Assembly: GCA_051942205.1 (NCBI GenBank)
Contig: JAVECO010000063.1
Coordinates: 1-64,000, forward strand
Source: Coniocarpon cinnabarinum
Lineage: Eukaryota
Direction: 5' to 3'
Length of the DNA: 64,000 bases
Part shown: piece after piece, positions 58,528-64,000 of the stretch
Numbering within the stretch: position 1 is the stretch's first letter
Layout: each line of letters starts with the position of its first letter
Translations under genes and position numbers: made by a program
The notes under the pieces: generated by a model
The model's input: the letters and a program-made list of their open reading frames with translations, nothing else
What the model was told of the DNA's origin: nothing
Databases searched by the model: none

Positions 58528-59008
58528 GCGGCCTCGATGTGGATGGCAAGGTATGCAACAGCTGGTATGCAGACACATAGACCCACGTTTTATGACATCA
58601 ATAGACATGACCTGACGTCCGTAACGCATGAACGCGGGAAGTGAACAGCTCTGTGGCTTTGGATTTCTGTTACTACATCTTTGAATGTTTCCGACCCCTC
58701 TAGGTACTTATTCACACGCGGCTGTGCAAACAGCGGCGCAATGGCGTCATTGTGATGCCCAACTGTACAGCTCCAAACGCCTCGCCATGCACAGGCTGCA
58801 TGCTCTGCAAAGGAGTGAGCCCAGACGCGTCAGACATACATCTGACTCCAATCAAAAGTAGACGTACAGTGAAGAAGCGAAAATCCGAGGCTTGGGTATT
58901 AAGGAGTTAACGATGTGAGTGATCCTTTTGAATCGTCTATTTTCATCTCAAGGCGTTCTTCGGATGTTGTCAAAAGTCATAGAGTGGAGAAGCAGTGTCG
59001 AGGTGAAC

Positions 59009-60400
59009 TCAGTAAGGAGGTATATCACCGATCGGAGGAGGACCGCCTTGTGCGGCGATCTGCTGTGCCTTTTCCTGTTGGTCCATGAACTCTTCACTGC
59101 CGGCGGATTCAATTTGAACCGCAAGGCCGATCTTCGAGGCGCTCTGCAATTTGGTCAGCACATGGTCAATCTCTGAGAAACCCCATTGATGCTAAAGTTA
59201 GGATGCCCCAATGTTTTAGAAACAACATGCGAGTTGTAGCTCACCTTTGCGTGATCCATTTCCCCCGCAAAAGTCATCATAATCATAGGTGCTACTCTCC
59301 GTTCGAGCAAGGCTGAAACCTTGCCATTGCTGTCCACTTGACCTCTGAATTGACTCGTTCGAAACTCATACTTGATGCCAGCTGTTGCAGTACCTTCATT
59401 TTTCAATTGTCCCATCATCGGTCCTAATGCGGCACCACCAGCCGCACCTGATAGTGTTCCCATCAAGGAGAGATTGAGATCCAGTCCAACATCCACCTGC
59501 TTTGCGACTTTTTGCCAGTACGAAGATTGAAGTACACCCTGTGTCGGCATAAGTTGCGCGGATGCTATCCACGTCGGTGCTCTGTATCGCATCGCATACG
59601 ATGTGATTGTTTGTGGAGGCTCGTCACCAGTCTGACGTTGCCACATAGTCTCAAGCCCAAGAGCAAGTCGGGGGGTAATGCTTTGTAGATAGCTACCGAC
59701 CAAGATACCAGTCAGATCAGAGTCAGGGCTATCAATGACGGATGGGTTGATCGCTTTGAGATCGACACTGAAATCTTGTCCCTTGTAGGTCGCTTCCACT
59801 TGAACTGTGTTGGACTGAGCTTGAGATGCCGTACTCGGCGACAGTGAAACCGAGTTACGGAGTGTGAGGGCTGAGAAAGGGCGATAATTGAATTGAGAGC
59901 TCAGCGAGAACTCATTGTTGACATTTCCTTGCATGAAAATCTGCCATATGGTAGGTCAGCGATTGGAAGTCTGTCGTTTCCAAGTAAGAATCAAAGCGCA
60001 CCTTGGGCGATCCATACAGGGCAGCAAAGCTGTAAGGTGGCATAGCTCCATTATTCCCCATCGCCAGACTATGCGCAGTTTGAAACATCGGACTGGTACT
60101 GAAGATCTTTGAGAATTCTGCGCGAAACCCAGCAAACATCTGATTTCTTAGCAGTACGTCGCGCGACACCTCCCTGGAAATATCTTCAACCACGCCTGGA
60201 TTTGAGAGACCCAAAGCGCTTCTTCGCTCCTGGAATCCATTATACACATCGCGTAGCGTTCGGGTGACCGGGTTGTGAGCTAGAGGAGAAAGCACTGAGT
60301 TCAGTGGGCCTGAAGGCTGAGAACGTGAGGCATTGTCAACCGCAGCGGAAATTGGAGTTATTGGGACAACAGGAGGCTGAGAGGGAGTTGAGTCGCTCAT
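59009..60400 (-). CDS. TOM40: Mitochondrial import channel Tom40
   Basis: LGLSNPG, FQTAHS, GSYLQSITPRLALGLE, KYEFRTSQFRGQVDSNGK; two introns; last exon ends GDIPPY*. Confidence 0.95.
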
Positions 60401-61370
60401 TGCGGTCAATCAATCGGGCAGACGTGGATCGAGAAAGGCTCACACGCGACTGACACAGCGCTCGAAACGGTGACAAGGAGCAAGAAGGCCGCGAAAGTGG
60501 ACTGGTCACTATGTGCTCGGCTAAATGATCTGATGAAATTTCCAGAGACGAATCGATGCTACCCTAACCCTAATGTCCTGCATCTGAACATCAGAGGGCC
60601 TCGTAGAGAAGTGATTCAGTCTTCGCCGCTGTATCTATGGCTTTGTGACCTGAATTTCTTATATAATACAGGCTCGTCGCCCAGACTAATATTTAGTAAA
60701 GACTCTTGTCTATGACCAATCGAGTGACATGCACAAACTATTGGCTTTCTGTACAAAACACGTGGCGAGGTGTGCTTTTGTACGATTGTCTGCCTTGAAG
60801 TTTGTGGTCCACGTGCTGCTGCAAAGACCAACATAGCAAGTGCATACCTACGACGAGCGACTCTTGTCGTCCGTGACCCTTCTTGGCTCTCGATGTATCT
60901 AATCACGTGTTTACTTTCAACGTTTTGGTTAGGCGCCTGAAAATTAAGACGTCAACTGGCTCGGAGATGTGCTTAGACGATAAGACTTGGCGCATCTGCA
61001 GCTTGCCCCGACAATAAAAGATTCCGGAACCCTTTCATGCTCCTCTGGACCAGCATAGCGTTGATTGCAAGATCTCGAATACAGGCAGCATGCAATATCT
61101 GTCACTGCGAAGCGACGTCTTAAGATTGACCCACAATCAACCTCCGTAGCGGCGTAGACTTGGACTGCGAAGAAGCTCAGAGTTCCCGTCCAAACGCGTC
61201 AGTTGATAACGAACATTTGACTGCACTGTCCCGCCCAGAAAAAATTATTTGATCTCAGATGACTGCCTCAATCTACATCGTAACAAATCTCAACACCTTC
61301 CACTCAATCTAGGCTTATCGCAGCTCCCGCGTCTTCCATACTTAGTCGACTCTCGAGAGCGCTTGGTGGG

Positions 61371-63095
61371 ATGGACACCCTTCTGACAGCAGACGTGGCC
61401 AGGAATGCCTCTGGCGTCCTCCGACGCAAGTCAAGCACTTTTGTGGATGCAATCCATGATGCACCTTCCAGAAACCATGAGATGGCCCCAGCGCAATTAT
61501 ATAGCACGGAGTCTGGACGACTATTTCACTCGGGTCGAATTTGTATAGCACTTTGTGGCCTTCCTGCGCGCGGGAAAACTCATACTTCCGTAGCCATGGC
61601 AAGGTACTTGCGGTGGTTAGGCGTGAAATCACGGGTCTTCCATCTGAGCGACTACCGAAGGGCAGCGCTTGGCTCAGACAGAACATTGCCAGAGGACTAC
61701 TTCTGGGCTAATGCTTCTCCCGAGTCAAATTGGTTCCGATCCAAAATCTTGAAGCAGTGTCGTGACGACATCTTCCATTTCCTGAACCAGGAGAATGGAC
61801 AAGTGGCGATCTACGACGCAGTGAACGCACTTGCAGTCGGCAGACGAAACCTCGCCCGAGAATTCAACAAGCACAACATCCAGACTCTTTTTGTCGAGTC
61901 AAGTTGCACGGATGAAACCATCATCAGGGAAAATGTCAGGAGAGTCAAGATCTCAAGTCCCGACTACCTGAACTGGGATCCTGCAGATGCTGTCAAGGAC
62001 TATCTGGCTCGAATTGCAGCCAGAATTCCCCACTTTGAACCTATGGAGGAGCCGGAAATGCATTGGATCCGAATGGTGAACGCCGGCGAGAGGGTCACGG
62101 TGAACAAGTGCGCATTTGGTTATTTGTCTCAGCGCATCGTCTTTTATCTGCTGAACCTGCATACCAAACATCGGCAAACCTACTTCGCCCGTGCGGGAAC
62201 TACCAGGGATGAGGACTCATACAAAGCGGATGCTTCCCTGTCGGAGGAAGGTGAAGACTATGCCTGGAAGATGACAGAGACTTTGATCAAGTGGAGAGAG
62301 CAAGAGCGGCTGAACAGTATCCGGAATGGCGGTAGCGCCGCTCCTTTGAAGCCTTTGACCGTTTGGACATCGACGCGAAGGCGGACTGTCGAGACGTCGC
62401 GACACTTTCGCAATCAAGGCTACCGAGTACGGCAACGTCCGCAAATGAGTCAACTCAATCCTGGGGTCTGTGAAAAGCTATCAGAGGCAAGGATACGAAG
62501 GGAATATCCAGACGAAGTCCACAAGCATGAGACAGACCCTTATCATCATAGATATCCCCGAGCAGAGGTAAGTCAGCATGCGCGTGGTGATTAGTGTGTT
62601 CTTGCTCACAAAGATAAACAGTCCTACCATGATCTTGCAGTTCGCATGGAACCAATCATCTTGGAATTGGAACGGGAAGAGAACGATTTGCTTATCATTG
62701 CCCATGAGTCCGTTCTGCGCGTCTTGTACGGATACCTGATGGCATGTAACGCGGCCGACATTCCCAAGCTTGAGTTCCCTCGCGATCAGATCATAGAGAT
62801 TTCGCCGAGTTCGTATGAGAACGTCGCTGATCGTATCGAGATTGCCGGGCTGCCACAGCACATCGTCCCCGCCAGTCCAGAAGATATCTTCATAGCATCG
62901 CCACCAAGCGGTCTGGATACCCCGTTCTCCGGTCTCGGCACACCCGAGATAAGGACCCCGGGAATATGGACTCCAACCAGTAACACGCCACGACTCGATG
63001 GTCTCGAAATCCAACCCAACGGCAACTCGCCCACTAACAAGGATTCAAAGCCTCTTTCGCTCGCGCAGAGACTCAACGTGAACCCTTCGCAATAG
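61371..63095 (+). CDS. 6-phosphofructo-2-kinase/fructose-2,6-bisphosphatase family protein (YLR345W-like)
   Basis: AQLYSTESGRLFH, P-loop GLPARGKT, RYPRAE|SYHDL across intron 62568-62621. The true start may lie further upstream. Confidence 0.9.
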
Positions 63096-64000
63096 TGATC
63101 AGAGGGAGGAGTGAGGTCAAAGTTTCAATAGGCCACGGTATGCAGAGCGTCAAATGCAGCCATGTCGCGGCTTTTGAAGGCGAATTAGAGTGCCCCAGGG
63201 TTTTCCTGCCTTGTGATTGAACGGAGGCATGCAGTCAGAGGGTATGATGGATGAATATCTGGGGTAGTATCCGTGAGCGAACAGTGCTTTGACTGGAGCA
63301 TGCTTGTTGATGCGGCTCGCCTCGCGAGTGTCGCGTAAATCTGGGGTAGGGTCTCGTGCAGACCTGCTCGCTCAAGGTGCCCGAGCTTTCGACCAGCCAG
63401 GGTTGCTCGTTGCTTCAAGATCAGACGAAGGCACACGCACATGCTGCGCACTAGCTGTTCGGCGCGAACAGGAATTCACGTGGTGCCGGCGCTACGAAGC
63501 AAAGCCGCCCCACCGAGACGATTTACAGACGTGAGCCAAATGAAAGGGAGGTTACATCGGGGCGGTGGCTGTTAGGCGTGCTGCAGCGAAGATTCTTCGT
63601 GTCTTCTAGCGGCTTTCAGCCATCGGGCGACCCTTCCTGCAGACGGAAAAGAGTGCCGTCTGCAACGTGGTGATCAAAAAAGCTTGACAGCTGGGAGCTG
63701 GCGTGGCGAGCGTGGATTGCACAACAGCAGGATGACGATGTATTTGACGCCTACGCGCTCTCGATTGGAGCACGCCCTATTGCAGGAGTCGCATCGAACC
63801 TGCAGATCGTGTCGGTGGCTCTCCGCCGGGACTCTAGAATCGAGGTCCTCTTGCAGGAATCCGTACAGCAGACGCATTGGTCGATGCAGGGCCCTATTTC
63901 CACGGATCGTACACCTACTCGAGTCCGACAGCTGCCGTTCCTGGTTCTTGACTGTCGGCGCTCCAATAACGGCATTACATGAATGTAGCGCGTGGCGATA

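Noticed and set aside
60562..60573. CCCTAACCCTAA telomere-like repeat
   Set aside because: Only two internal units; at most a promoter telobox, not a telomere.
63185..64000. Short ORFs at the right edge
   Set aside because: No recognisable protein motifs or consistent gene structure within the window.
1..64000. tRNA, rRNA, CRISPR arrays or a secondary-metabolite core gene
   Set aside because: None recognised by eye. The sequence is eukaryotic, and the oxygenase/amidohydrolase pair is explained by thymine salvage. A covariance-model scan was not possible.

Overview
Gene-dense 64 kb of a filamentous ascomycete (Pezizomycotina) chromosome. Bases 1-~3400 are an AT-rich, RIP-mutated LTR-retrotransposon relic. 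It holds two inverted copies of one LTR and a fossil gag zinc knuckle. About 27 protein-coding genes with short GT-AG introns follow. Housekeeping genes include Shg1/BOD1-like, complex I 14 kDa subunit, GCV3, RPS29, IMP1, NHA1, PalH, MVP1, eIF2B-delta, PDR16-like, POL12, DCN1, TOM40 and PFK-2/FBPase-like. A divergent thymine 7-hydroxylase / iso-orotate decarboxylase pair is present, along with several secreted or accessory genes. Three items stand out. First, a HeLo-like-N + two ubiquitin-like-domain gene is intact except for one in-frame UGA at the end of the N-terminal domain. Second, a 59-aa secreted six-cysteine peptide gene falls below the ORF-track cutoff. Third, an inverted pair of PacC sites lies between the divergent NHA1 and palH genes. 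All family assignments are by motif recognition from memory; no database search was run.
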